A DNA stretch of 64,000 bases, from contig DESD01000021.1 in NCBI GenBank assembly GCA_002361935.1, positions 10,872 to 74,871 of the forward strand, written 5' to 3'. A program made the position numbers and the translations under genes. The notes beneath the pieces were generated by a model. That model did not search any database and was not told where the DNA came from. It worked only from the letters and a program-made list of their open reading frames with translations. Source of the DNA: Ruminococcaceae bacterium UBA3323 (GTDB lineage Bacteria > Bacillota > Clostridia > Oscillospirales > Acutalibacteraceae). This document shows positions 8,915 through 18,529 of the stretch, in pieces; position 1 is the first letter of the stretch, and every line of letters begins with the position of its first letter.

Positions 8915-9529
8915 TCAATTCATATAAGGATTGTTTTTCTTTTCAAAATCGAGCGTTGAAAATGCTTCGTGACCCGGATAAAGTGTATAGTTTTTATCAA
9001 GAGCCGCAAGACGGTGAAGACTGTCCTTTATCTCTATGAACGAGCCTCCCGGAAAATCCGTTCTTCCGCAGGAACAGCAGAACAGCGTATCTCCGGTAAA
9101 AATAACATCATCGGCAATATAGCAAATGCCGCCTTTTGTATGCCCGGGCGTTGCCATAACCCGAATCTTGGTATTTCCAAGCGTAAGCATATCACCATCC
9201 GAAACAAGAATATCTGCACTTGCATCATGATGAATACCGCTGCAGAACGCAGCAAGACTAAGCTTTGAAGAAGTCAGCATGCCGGCATCCGCCTGACTGA
9301 TAACAACTTTTGCACGAAATCTTTCCTTAATTTCCTGAACACCGCCGATATGATCATAATGTCCATGCGTTAAAAGTATATATTCCAAATCTGCACTTTC
9401 TAAAAAAGAAAGCATTTTTTCCGAAGCATCCGTACAGTCAACAAGAGCGGATTTGCCGCTTTCTTTATCCGTTAAAAGATAACAATTATTTTCAAGTTCG
9501 CCAAGGCAAACAGACTTTACATCAATCAT
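8915..9529 (-). CDS. MBL-fold metallo-hydrolase (glyoxalase II-like)
   Basis: [33 protein letters not shown]. Confidence 0.9.
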   Translation of the reverse strand: MIDVKSVCLGELENNCYLLTDKESGKSALVDCTDASEKMLSFLESADLEYILLTHGHYDHIGGVQEIKERFRAKVVISQADAGMLTSSKLSLAAFCSGIHHDASADILVSDGDMLTLGNTKIRVMATPGHTKGGICYIADDVIFTGDTLFCCSCGRTDFPGGSFIEIKDSLHRLAALDKNYTLYPGHEAFSTLDFEKKNNPYMN

Positions 9530-9978
9530 TTCAATTCCTCACTGTCAAGAATAATGGTTACAGGACCGTCATTGATCAGTTCAACCTTCATATCCGCACC
9601 GAAGCAGCCTGTTTCAACCTTGGATACACCTGCTTTTACAAGCTCCTGAACAAAGTATTCATAAAGCATATTGGCCTCATCAGGCGCAGCAGAACGAATA
9701 AAGCTTGGCCGCCTTCCGTGCGAGCAATCTGCACAAAGCGTAAACTGAGAAACAACAAGCATTTCTCCGTTCACATCAAGGCAGGAAAGATTCATTTTTC
9801 CGTTTTCATCCTCAAAAATACGCAGATACGGGATTTTTTTAATCAGCTTATCGGCATCTGCCTTTGTATCTCCCTGCATAACACCAAGAAGAATCATAAA
9901 ACCTTTTCCGATTTCGCCGATAACTTTTCCGTCTGTTTTAACATTTGAATGAATAACCCGCTGAATTACCGCTTTCAT
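9526..9978 (-). CDS. dtd: D-aminoacyl-tRNA deacylase
   Basis: [32 protein letters not shown]. Confidence 0.97.
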   Translation of the reverse strand: MKAVIQRVIHSNVKTDGKVIGEIGKGFMILLGVMQGDTKADADKLIKKIPYLRIFEDENGKMNLSCLDVNGEMLVVSQFTLCADCSHGRRPSFIRSAAPDEANMLYEYFVQELVKAGVSKVETGCFGADMKVELINDGPVTIILDSEELK

Positions 9979-12168
9979 TTATAAACCACTTCTTTCAATA
10001 TGATAAACACCATCAATCTTTTTAATAATTCTGACAATATTCTCAAGATGCTCCTTGCTGTTTACTGCAACGGTTAAGGTTGTTAAGCAATTTCCGTCAT
10101 TTATGGGACGGGCATTGATGGAATGAATTTTAACATGCATATTCATCAATGTGCTTGTAATATCAAGAACAACACCGTCTCTGTCTATTGCATAAACATC
10201 AAGGGTAGACTTTGTTTCTATTCTGACATTCTCATCCCAGTGGGCTTTTATCCAGCGCTCGGGCTCAGGACAGTTTTCTATATCCTGCGGAACATTAACA
10301 CAGTTTCGTTTATGAATGGAAAGTCCGTGTCCTCTGGTAATAAATCCGATAATTTCCTCACCGGGAAGCGGGGAACAGCAGTTTGCCATTTTTATAAGGC
10401 AATTATCAATTCCTTCTACAATAATACCGCTTGAGGAAGATGTTTTTCTGGGCTTATCCACAACATTTGAAAAGGAGGGCTTTTCCGGCTCCTTTTCTTC
10501 TTTCCAGTTTCTGTTGTATTCATCTTTGATGCCCGGCATAAGACGGCTTATTTGAATACCGCCATAGCCAACAGCAGCATAGAATTCATCCGTATCGCCG
10601 AAATGCTGTCGCTCGGCAATTCTTACAATGAAGTCATCATATTTATCTCCGGAAAGGCGGATAAAGTTGCGGCGCAGTTCTTTTTCAACAATTACCTTGC
10701 CCTCTTCAATATTCTCATCACGTCTTTCCTTTTTAAACCATGTACGGATTTTATTTCTTGCTTCACCGGTACGTACAATGGAAAGCCAGTCCTTACTTGG
10801 TCCCTTATTCTGCTGATTAGAAGTCAGAACCTCAATTCTTTCTCCGGTTTTAATCTTATAATCAAGAGGAACAATTCTTCCGTCCACTTTGGCACCAACC
10901 ATTTTATTACCGACCGCAGAATGAATAGCATAAGCAAAATCAATAACGGTTGAACCTGTGGGCAGACTTTTAATATCTCCCTTAGGCGTGAAAACATACA
11001 CCTCTTCAACAGATAAATCACCCTTGATATTTGCAACCAAATCTTCCGGAGTATCGGATTCCTCACCTGTTTCAAGCATACGATGAATCCATGAAAGACC
11101 GGCATCAAGGCTGTCTTTTCCGCCTTTTCCAAGCTTATATTTCCAATGGGCTGCTATACCGAACTCAGCAGTTCTGTGCATATCCCATGTTCTTATCTGA
11201 ATTTCAAAGGGAACACCATTCGGTGAAAGCACGGTTGTATGGAGAGACTGATACATATTGGGTTTAGGAGTTGAAATATAATCCTTGAATCTGCCGGGAA
11301 TCGGCTTAAACATATCATGAACAATACCAAGTGCATTATAGCAGTCTATCATAGAGTTCACGATGATTCTTACAGCATAGATATCATAAATTTCTTCAAA
11401 GGATTTTCCCTTTATATAAACCTTTCTGAATATGCCATGAACGGATTTTACTCTTGATGTTATACTTGCATTTTCAATAACGGGCGTAATTCTGTCACTG
11501 ATTTGTGTCTTAATATCGTTTAAAAATTTCTCGCCCTCCTCCTGCTTCATAGAAAGAGAATTTTCGATTTCCCTGTACGCAATAGGATCAAGATATCTGA
11601 CTGCTGCATCCTCCAGTTCCTCTTTAATTGCACGGATACCGAGCCTATGTGCAATCGGCGCATAAATTTCCAGCGTTTCAAGACTTTTTTCACGCTGCTT
11701 ATATTCAGGCATATGCTGAAGCGTTCGCATATTATGAAGCCGGTCTGCAAGCTTAATGATAATAACACGGACATCCTTGTTCATTGCCATAAACATTTTA
11801 CGGATATTTTCAGCCTGCACCTCTTCCCTTGTTGAAAGCGGAATCTGACCAAGCTTTGTAACGCCGTCCACAAGCAGCTCAACATCAGCACCGAAGCGGC
11901 TGCCGATATAGGAAAGCGTATATTCGGTATCCTCAACAACATCATGAAGCAGTGCACCAATAATGCATTCGTTATCCATTCCAAGCCGGAAAAGAATTTC
12001 GGCAACAGCAACGGGATGCATAATATACGGCTCGCCCGAACGCCTTTTCTGTCCCGAATGTGCATGATTTGCCAGCTCATAGGCCTCTTTTATTTTTTCA
12101 ATATTATATTGAGGATGCTTTTTTATTTCTTCAAAAAAGGCATCAAAGCCGTCGTTATACTCACACAA
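9979..12168 (-). CDS. relA: Bifunctional (p)ppGpp synthetase/hydrolase (long RSH)
   Basis: HD motif HDVVED, KLADRLHNMRT, RFKDYI (RxKD), YQSLHT, EIQIRT, TGS (DFAYAIH), ZFD (CCSPLPG..I.GFITRG), ACT. Confidence 0.97.
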   Translation of the reverse strand: MCEYNDGFDAFFEEIKKHPQYNIEKIKEAYELANHAHSGQKRRSGEPYIMHPVAVAEILFRLGMDNECIIGALLHDVVEDTEYTLSYIGSRFGADVELLVDGVTKLGQIPLSTREEVQAENIRKMFMAMNKDVRVIIIKLADRLHNMRTLQHMPEYKQREKSLETLEIYAPIAHRLGIRAIKEELEDAAVRYLDPIAYREIENSLSMKQEEGEKFLNDIKTQISDRITPVIENASITSRVKSVHGIFRKVYIKGKSFEEIYDIYAVRIIVNSMIDCYNALGIVHDMFKPIPGRFKDYISTPKPNMYQSLHTTVLSPNGVPFEIQIRTWDMHRTAEFGIAAHWKYKLGKGGKDSLDAGLSWIHRMLETGEESDTPEDLVANIKGDLSVEEVYVFTPKGDIKSLPTGSTVIDFAYAIHSAVGNKMVGAKVDGRIVPLDYKIKTGERIEVLTSNQQNKGPSKDWLSIVRTGEARNKIRTWFKKERRDENIEEGKVIVEKELRRNFIRLSGDKYDDFIVRIAERQHFGDTDEFYAAVGYGGIQISRLMPGIKDEYNRNWKEEKEPEKPSFSNVVDKPRKTSSSSGIIVEGIDNCLIKMANCCSPLPGEEIIGFITRGHGLSIHKRNCVNVPQDIENCPEPERWIKAHWDENVRIETKSTLDVYAIDRDGVVLDITSTLMNMHVKIHSINARPINDGNCLTTLTVAVNSKEHLENIVRIIKKIDGVYHIERSGL

Positions 12169-14185
12169 GGTTCAATCTTCCTTTCAGTTTTTTTATAACA
12201 GGTGTATTCATCAGATCCACCTTTGCGGCAACTTCGCAAACACGGATATCCTTTTCATCATATTCAATAAGTCCGCACTCCGAAAATGCCTTAAGCGCAA
12301 ATTTTAATTTGCCGTATGTAACAGAATTCAAAGCAAAATAAAGCTCATCAAAACCAAAGCACCAATGCTTTTTCTGTCTTAAAAACTTATAAATAACCGA
12401 GCAATCTGCTCTGTCCGGAAAAACAGATTCGGAATTATTTTTATGAAGCGAAAAAAGCTCGTATTCTTCCTTTTCGGCAAAATATTTATCATCATCATTT
12501 CCGTGCCTTTTAATATCGGCAGCCTGCAACGAAAGATATTCCCTGCCGTTATAAAGATTTTTTGAAGCCCTGACAACAGCATCTATATATTCTCCTGCCG
12601 CAAATGGAAATTCATCCGCAGTACATCTGAATTTAGAAATTTTAAAGATTTTGCCTTTCTTTTCACATTCAAGCCTGATATGTTTTCCGTTTCCCATAGG
12701 CGTTACGGAAAGCAGCCTTAAATTCATAAGAGCAAAAGCAGCATTTCGGTTTGCTTCGCCGAACGGCTCCAAAACAGAAAGTGAATCAACCAATTCTATA
12801 TTAAGAAAAGCAGGAGAAATTTTGCAGTCAATATTTATGGACGGAACCGGCATAACCGGATAAGCTGAAACTGCATATTCATTTATACGGTTTCGGAATA
12901 CATCAACATCCGCCGGGTTAAGCCCTAAACCTGCCGCCTTTGGATGACCGCCGAAATGGCTTAACATATCCGCACAGGCTGAAATCGCCTCGTAAATATT
13001 AAAGCCCTCTATACTCCTTGCCGATCCGACTGCCATCCCGTTTTCTTCAGTCAGAACAATAACGGGCTTGCCATATTCCTCAAGCACCTTTGCGGCAACA
13101 ATTCCGACAACGCCCAAATGATAATTTTTTCCGCACACCACGATAACCCGGTTTTTGGCGATATCGGGATTTTCTGCTATTTTAAGCATAACATCTTCAA
13201 AAATATTCTGTTCAAGCTCCTGCCTGTGTGCATTATCAATATTTATCTGTTCTGCCTTAAAAGCTGCATCATCTTTATTTTCACAAAGCAGAAGCTCTGC
13301 GGCTCTTGCTGCATCATCCACTCTTCCCGTTGCATTAATTCTTGGGCAAAGTGTAAAGGCAACATCGGTTGCAGTCAGCTTTTTATCTGCCGCTCCTGCC
13401 GCTTTTTTCAGGGCTTCAATACCGATTCGTGAGCCGCTGTTGATAAGCCTGATTCCCGCTTTTACAAACGCCCTGTTTTCACCGATAAGCGGCATAACAT
13501 CGGAAATTGTGCCAAGAGCAACCAAATCGGCAAACTGATAAAGCATATCCTCCGTATCCCCGTAAACAGCACAGGCAAGCTTAAAAGCTACGCCAACACC
13601 TGCAAAATCACGAAAAGCAATTTCATTTTCAGCTCTGTGGGGATTTACAACAGCTTCAGCCCTTGGAAGCGTATCTCCGATTTGATGATGGTCAGTTACA
13701 ACAAGACGCATACCAAGAGAATAAATATATTCAGCCTCTTCAATGGCGGAAATACCGTTATCAACCGTAACGATAAGCTTTGTGCCTCTTTCTCTGATTT
13801 TATCAATTGAGGCCCTGTTCATACCATAGCCCTCATTCAGACGTGAGGGAATATAATAATCAACATCAGCACCCATATCCTTCAGGAAGGTATAAAGAAG
13901 AACGGTTGAGGTTACACCATCACAGTCGTAATCGCCGAATATGGTTATTTTTTCTCCGTAATCCACAGCCTCTTCAATAGCAGAAACAGCCCTTTCCATA
14001 TCGCAAAGCTGAAAAGGGTCTGAAAAATCGTAAGAGGAGGCTAAAAAGTCTGCCACATCGGCACTGCTCTCTATCCCCCTTGAAACAAGCATAAATGCTA
14101 TAAACGGATCAATATTAAATTGTTCGCTTAAATCGGATGCCTTTTCTTTATCTGCATCTGCTATTATCCACTTTTTATATGCCAT
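12161..14185 (-). CDS. recJ: Single-stranded DNA-specific exonuclease RecJ
   Basis: GDYDCDG, P.R..EGYG, TVDNG, TDHH, RINA.GR, GSARS, FGGH..AAG, LEPFG..N. Confidence 0.96.
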   Translation of the reverse strand: MAYKKWIIADADKEKASDLSEQFNIDPFIAFMLVSRGIESSADVADFLASSYDFSDPFQLCDMERAVSAIEEAVDYGEKITIFGDYDCDGVTSTVLLYTFLKDMGADVDYYIPSRLNEGYGMNRASIDKIRERGTKLIVTVDNGISAIEEAEYIYSLGMRLVVTDHHQIGDTLPRAEAVVNPHRAENEIAFRDFAGVGVAFKLACAVYGDTEDMLYQFADLVALGTISDVMPLIGENRAFVKAGIRLINSGSRIGIEALKKAAGAADKKLTATDVAFTLCPRINATGRVDDAARAAELLLCENKDDAAFKAEQINIDNAHRQELEQNIFEDVMLKIAENPDIAKNRVIVVCGKNYHLGVVGIVAAKVLEEYGKPVIVLTEENGMAVGSARSIEGFNIYEAISACADMLSHFGGHPKAAGLGLNPADVDVFRNRINEYAVSAYPVMPVPSINIDCKISPAFLNIELVDSLSVLEPFGEANRNAAFALMNLRLLSVTPMGNGKHIRLECEKKGKIFKISKFRCTADEFPFAAGEYIDAVVRASKNLYNGREYLSLQAADIKRHGNDDDKYFAEKEEYELFSLHKNNSESVFPDRADCSVIYKFLRQKKHWCFGFDELYFALNSVTYGKLKFALKAFSECGLIEYDEKDIRVCEVAAKVDLMNTPVIKKLKGRLNLV

Positions 14186-14508
14186 TATGAATTTTTATCC
14201 ACCTGATGAAATTTTTTGAGGTTGCCTCGCTTTGCAGCTCTTTTTTCAAGCTCGGCTTCAATATCCTCAGGGGTAATACCCTGATTTGCCATCATGACAA
14301 GTGTATGATAAATCAAATCCGTTATTTCATAAACCGTTTCTTCCTTATCATTATTTTTAGCGGCAATCACCATTTCCGTGCATTCCTCGCCAACCTTTTT
14401 CAGTATTTTATCAATTCCCTGTTCAAAAAGATAGGCGGTGTATGAGCCTTCCGCCTTTTCATTTTTTCTTTCTATAATAACCTGATACTCGTTTTTAATT
14501 AAATCCAT
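14185..14508 (-). CDS. hisE: Phosphoribosyl-ATP diphosphatase
   Basis: GSYT.YLF..G.DKILKKVGEE..E, E..DL.YH..V. Confidence 0.95.
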   Translation of the reverse strand: MDLIKNEYQVIIERKNEKAEGSYTAYLFEQGIDKILKKVGEECTEMVIAAKNNDKEETVYEITDLIYHTLVMMANQGITPEDIEAELEKRAAKRGNLKKFHQVDKNS

Positions 14509-14837
14509 CAGAATTTTTCTCCTTTAATTTCATTGAAAAAACAGCTATGGCTTCCTGTATGGCAGGCCGCCCCTGTCTGAATAACCTTAACAAGCAGGGT
14601 ATCATCATCACAATCGCCGTGGATGGAAACGACTTTTTGAAGATGGCCGCTTGTTGCACCCTTGTTCCAAAGTTCCTGCCTGCTTCTGGACCAGAACCAT
14701 GTATAGCCGGTTTCAAGCGTTTTCTGCATAGACTCTTTGTTCATATATGCAAGCATAAGCACCTCGTTTGTGCCGCTTTCCTGAATAATGGCCGGAATTA
14801 AATCAGCCTTCTGAAAATATTTTTCTATATTCATCAT
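14508..14837 (-). CDS. hisI: Phosphoribosyl-AMP cyclohydrolase
   Basis: [39 protein letters not shown]. Start probably 14837 (ATGA overlap with hisA). Confidence 0.95.
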   Translation of the reverse strand: MMNIEKYFQKADLIPAIIQESGTNEVLMLAYMNKESMQKTLETGYTWFWSRSRQELWNKGATSGHLQKVVSIHGDCDDDTLLVKVIQTGAACHTGSHSCFFNEIKGEKF

Positions 14838-15547
14838 TTGCACACCTCTATGGCTTCCTCAAGAATAAGGGTTTTATTATAAAGGCTTTTTCCGCAGATT
14901 GCACCATACAGCCCCTCTTTTTTCAGAGCAAGAATATCATCAATATTTGTTACTCCGCCCGAAGCGGTTATATCACAGGAAACTGCATTGTTGATTTCGG
15001 CAAGCTGGCTGATATTCGGACCGCTCAATGTACCGTCCTTTGAAATATCGGTATAAATAATTGTTTTTACACCGGCTGCCTCCATCTGCTTTGCAAGCTT
15101 CGTAAAATAAACATCGGAGCCCTCTGTCCATCCCTCGGCTGCAGCATAACCGTTTTTCGCATCAATACCAACAGCAATGATATCGCCGAATTCTTTAACA
15201 GCCTCCCTAACCAAATTCGGATTCTTAAGAGCAACAGAGCCGAGAATAATACGACTTATATTATGATTTACATAAAAATCTATATCCTGCATCGTTCGGA
15301 TACCGCCGCCGATTTCAACCTTAAGCCCTGTTTGATTTGCAACATCTGTAAAGGTTTTAGCATTTACAGGCTTTTTCTGCAAAGAGCCATCCAAATCAAC
15401 CATATGTATCCATGAAGCGCCTGCCTTTTCAAACTGAAAAGCGGTTTCAAGTGCGTTATCGGCAACCTGATGCGCTGTTGAAAAATCGCCCTTGTAAAGG
15501 CGAACGGGTTTACCGTCTATAATATCTATTGCAGGAAAAATAATCAT
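14834..15547 (-). CDS. hisA: ProFAR isomerase
   Basis: IFPAIDI.DG..VRL.KG, H.VDLDG, GGGIR, TDI.KDGTL.GPN, ASGG. Confidence 0.95.
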   Translation of the reverse strand: MIIFPAIDIIDGKPVRLYKGDFSTAHQVADNALETAFQFEKAGASWIHMVDLDGSLQKKPVNAKTFTDVANQTGLKVEIGGGIRTMQDIDFYVNHNISRIILGSVALKNPNLVREAVKEFGDIIAVGIDAKNGYAAAEGWTEGSDVYFTKLAKQMEAAGVKTIIYTDISKDGTLSGPNISQLAEINNAVSCDITASGGVTNIDDILALKKEGLYGAICGKSLYNKTLILEEAIEVCK

Positions 15548-16122
15548 TACAGAACTCCTTTTGTGGAAAGTACTCCGCCGTTATTTTTGGTTACGGCAAT
15601 TTTTAATGCATGTGCAAGCGCTTTAAATAAAGCCTCTATCTCGTGATGGGAATTAGAGCCATACAGAACATTCAGATGAAGCGTGATACCCGAATTCATT
15701 GCAAAGGCACGGAAGAATTCCTCCGTACAGCAGGTTTCATAATCTCCGCAGCGCTCCTCATTAAAATCTGCATGAAACACAAGAAACGGTCTGTTGGAAA
15801 TATCAAGAGAGCACATTGCAAGGCTTTCATCCATAGGAATACTGAAGGAACCGTACCTATTAATTCCGCACATATCGCCAAGTGCTTTTTTGAACGCCAT
15901 ACCAAGCGCAATTCCCGTATCTTCAACGGTATGATGCGTATCTACCTCAAGATCGCCTGCTGTCTTAACATTAAGGCCAAAGCCGCCGTGAACACCCAAG
16001 GCATTCAGCATATGATCAAAAAAACCGATACCTGTTGATACTTCAACCTCGCCGCCATCAAGATTTAATTCAATTCTAATCTGTGTTTCTTTCGTGTTTC
16101 TTTCAATAGAAGAAGTTCTCAT
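15547..16122 (-). CDS. hisB: Imidazoleglycerol-phosphate dehydratase (monofunctional)
   Basis: R.TKETQI, TGIGFFDHML, HHTVED, PMDE, NSHHEIEA.FKA, STKG. Confidence 0.96.
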   Translation of the reverse strand: MRTSSIERNTKETQIRIELNLDGGEVEVSTGIGFFDHMLNALGVHGGFGLNVKTAGDLEVDTHHTVEDTGIALGMAFKKALGDMCGINRYGSFSIPMDESLAMCSLDISNRPFLVFHADFNEERCGDYETCCTEEFFRAFAMNSGITLHLNVLYGSNSHHEIEALFKALAHALKIAVTKNNGGVLSTKGVL

Positions 16123-16136
16123 ATTTACACCTCTTT

Positions 16137-16340
16137 TCAGTCCTGAAAAAGACTGTTCATAAGCTTGTTTATATTGTTTTTTCTTTTATCTGTTTCCTCA
16201 GCTTCAACAGAAATTTTTATAACATCGCCCTCTTTAATACCATCCGGCAATGCCCTGAGCGGAAGATCCGCAAAGCTTCCCTCTTCAATTTCACAAACTG
16301 CAAAACCGGCTTCAATTCTGTCTACTACTAACCTTTTCAT
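16137..16340 (-). CDS. DUF3006-like small protein
   Basis: VDRIE..FAVCE......LP..LP.G.KEGDV; its usual partner, a ComEC-like MBL, is adjacent. Confidence 0.75.
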   Translation of the reverse strand: MKRLVVDRIEAGFAVCEIEEGSFADLPLRALPDGIKEGDVIKISVEAEETDKRKNNINKLMNSLFQD

Positions 16341-16343
16341 ATA

Positions 16344-17237
16344 TTATTCCTTTTCACAGTAAAGCGTAATATTCGTTTTATCGGAAACAACGGCTACATT
16401 TCCGTTTATATCCGTTCTTAAAATCTTTGCGCCGATTTCGCTTAAATTATTTATCGCTTCAAAATGAGGATGATTATAGGAATTATCCTTTCCAACCTCA
16501 ATAACAGCAATACCGGGCGAAACAGCACTTACAAATTCAAAGGAGGAAGCAGTTTTACTGCCATGATGACCTACCTTTAAAACATCAGCATTCAGTTTAT
16601 CCTTTGTTGAAGCTTTTAATATTTCTGTTTCAGAAGCAGCCTCGGCATCACCCATAAACAGAAACACATTACTGCCGTATTGAAGCCTTAAAACTGCCGA
16701 ATACGCATTAAGATTATCATAATTGGCTTTCACAGGGGCAAGAAATTCGGCAGACAAATCATCTTCATCAAGAACCGCTGCACCCGCCTTTGCCGTATGG
16801 ATACTCCTGCCCTTATCGGAAATTGCAAGAAGCAGGTTTTCATATGTTTGGGTATTTGCCGAAACCTTTGGCATATAGATGTCACCGATATCAAAATGCT
16901 CAACAACCGCTTTCATTCCGCCGATATGGTCGGCATGCGGATGTGTTGCAACAAGATAATCAATTTTACTGTATCCAAGCCTAGAAATAAAATCAATTAT
17001 TGTATCTGATGCATCAGATGTTGAAGCATCAATCAGCATACATTTTCCGTCGGGAAGCTGAACAAACTCGCTGTCCCCCTGCCCTACGTCTAAATAATTT
17101 ACAACGATTGTACCGTCCGTCTGCAGGTTTTTACCTGCTTCAAGCTCTTTGGTTTCCGTAAGATAATACCCGGTAACGCTGAGCAAAGCAACAACAATAG
17201 CAGCAATAATCGTTTTTATAAGCTTTTTATTTCTCAT
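16344..17237 (-). CDS. Membrane-anchored or secreted ComEC/Rec2-type MBL-fold hydrolase
   Basis: N-terminal hydrophobic anchor, YLDVGQGD, THPHADHIGG, FMGDAE, KVGHHGS, HPH, RTD.NG. Confidence 0.85.
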   Translation of the reverse strand: MRNKKLIKTIIAAIVVALLSVTGYYLTETKELEAGKNLQTDGTIVVNYLDVGQGDSEFVQLPDGKCMLIDASTSDASDTIIDFISRLGYSKIDYLVATHPHADHIGGMKAVVEHFDIGDIYMPKVSANTQTYENLLLAISDKGRSIHTAKAGAAVLDEDDLSAEFLAPVKANYDNLNAYSAVLRLQYGSNVFLFMGDAEAASETEILKASTKDKLNADVLKVGHHGSKTASSFEFVSAVSPGIAVIEVGKDNSYNHPHFEAINNLSEIGAKILRTDINGNVAVVSDKTNITLYCEKE

Positions 17238-18520
17238 TTATCAAATCTTACCTTGATGGAGTTGGCATGCGCAGTTAAGCCCTCACTGTCTGCAAGCGTA
17301 ACAATTTCATCCTTAGCCTGTGCAAGCGCATCCTCTGTATAATAAATAAATGAAGATTTTTTTACAAAGCTGTCAACAGAGAGCGGACTGAAAAATCTTG
17401 CTGTTCCGCTTGTAGGAAGGACATGGTTCGGGCCTGCAAAATAATCACCGAGAGGTTCAGGCGACCAGTTACCAAGAAAAACAGAACCGGCATTATCAAG
17501 CATGCCTATATATTTAAGAGGCTCCTCAACACAAAGCTCAAGATGCTCGGGAGCAAGCTCATTTGCAAATTCAATAGCCTGAGCAAGATTTTCACAAACG
17601 ATTATCTCTCCATAGCTTTCAAGGGACTGCTCTATAATTTCCTGCCTTTCCAGGAACTTAATCTGCTTTTCAATTTCCTTTGCAGTAGCTTTTGCAACAG
17701 CCTCTGAGGTTGTTAAAAGAATAGAAGACGCCATTACATCATGCTCTGCCTGACTCATTAAATCAGCTGCAAGAAAGGACGGCTTTGCCGTTTTATCCGC
17801 AACAATAAGAATCTCGGACGGACCGGCAACCATATCAATATCCACAACGCCGTAAAGAAGCTTTTTGGCAGTTGCAACAAAAATATTTCCGGGACCGACA
17901 ATTTTATCAACCTTTGGTATTTTTTCCGTTCCGTAAGCAAGTGCGGCAACAGCCTGTGCACCGCCGCAAAGGAAAACCTTATCAACACCGGCAACTGCAG
18001 CAGCAGCCATAATGTTCGGGTTGGGAGAGCCATCCTTTGACGGGGGAGTTACCATTATAATCTCCTTAACCCCTGCAATCTTGGCCGGAACAGCATTCAT
18101 CAAAACAGAGCTTGGATAAGCTGCTGTGCCGCCGGGAACATAGATTCCGACTCTTTTAAGACCGCGAACACGCTGCCCCATAATCACGCCGTTTTCCTTT
18201 GTTGTAAGCCAGCTTTGCTGCGCTTGACGCTGATGGAAATCATAAATATTATTTTTAGCATCAACCACAGCCTGCTTGAAATCATCATCAACCAGATCAA
18301 GATACGCCGAAAGCTCGTCCTTTTCAATAACTGTTTTTTTAGGCACGGCACCGTCAAATCTTACGGTATATTCACGAACGGCATCATCACCGCCCTCTTT
18401 TACACCCTGAATAATGGATGAAACAATATCAACAATTTTCTGATCTGTTTCGCCGCTTCTTTTCTTCAGATTCTCAATAAGCGCATATTCGCTTTTTCCG
18501 TTTGCTTTTGTAATTTTCAT
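17234..18520 (-). CDS. hisD: Histidinol dehydrogenase
   Basis: YVPGGTAAYPSSV, KIVGPGN, DM.AGPSE, QAEHD, APEHLE, GDY.AGPNHVLPT. Confidence 0.97.
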   Translation of the reverse strand: MKITKANGKSEYALIENLKKRSGETDQKIVDIVSSIIQGVKEGGDDAVREYTVRFDGAVPKKTVIEKDELSAYLDLVDDDFKQAVVDAKNNIYDFHQRQAQQSWLTTKENGVIMGQRVRGLKRVGIYVPGGTAAYPSSVLMNAVPAKIAGVKEIIMVTPPSKDGSPNPNIMAAAAVAGVDKVFLCGGAQAVAALAYGTEKIPKVDKIVGPGNIFVATAKKLLYGVVDIDMVAGPSEILIVADKTAKPSFLAADLMSQAEHDVMASSILLTTSEAVAKATAKEIEKQIKFLERQEIIEQSLESYGEIIVCENLAQAIEFANELAPEHLELCVEEPLKYIGMLDNAGSVFLGNWSPEPLGDYFAGPNHVLPTSGTARFFSPLSVDSFVKKSSFIYYTEDALAQAKDEIVTLADSEGLTAHANSIKVRFDK

Positions 18521-18529
18521 ATTTTACCC

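Noticed and set aside
14834-15547. HisA as a HisA/HisF hybrid or bifunctional enzyme covering the missing hisF
   Set aside because: Motifs and length are ordinary HisA; I saw no HisF signature.
16344-17237. Full ComEC competence channel
   Set aside because: Only the MBL domain with a single anchor is present; there is no multi-TM competence domain.
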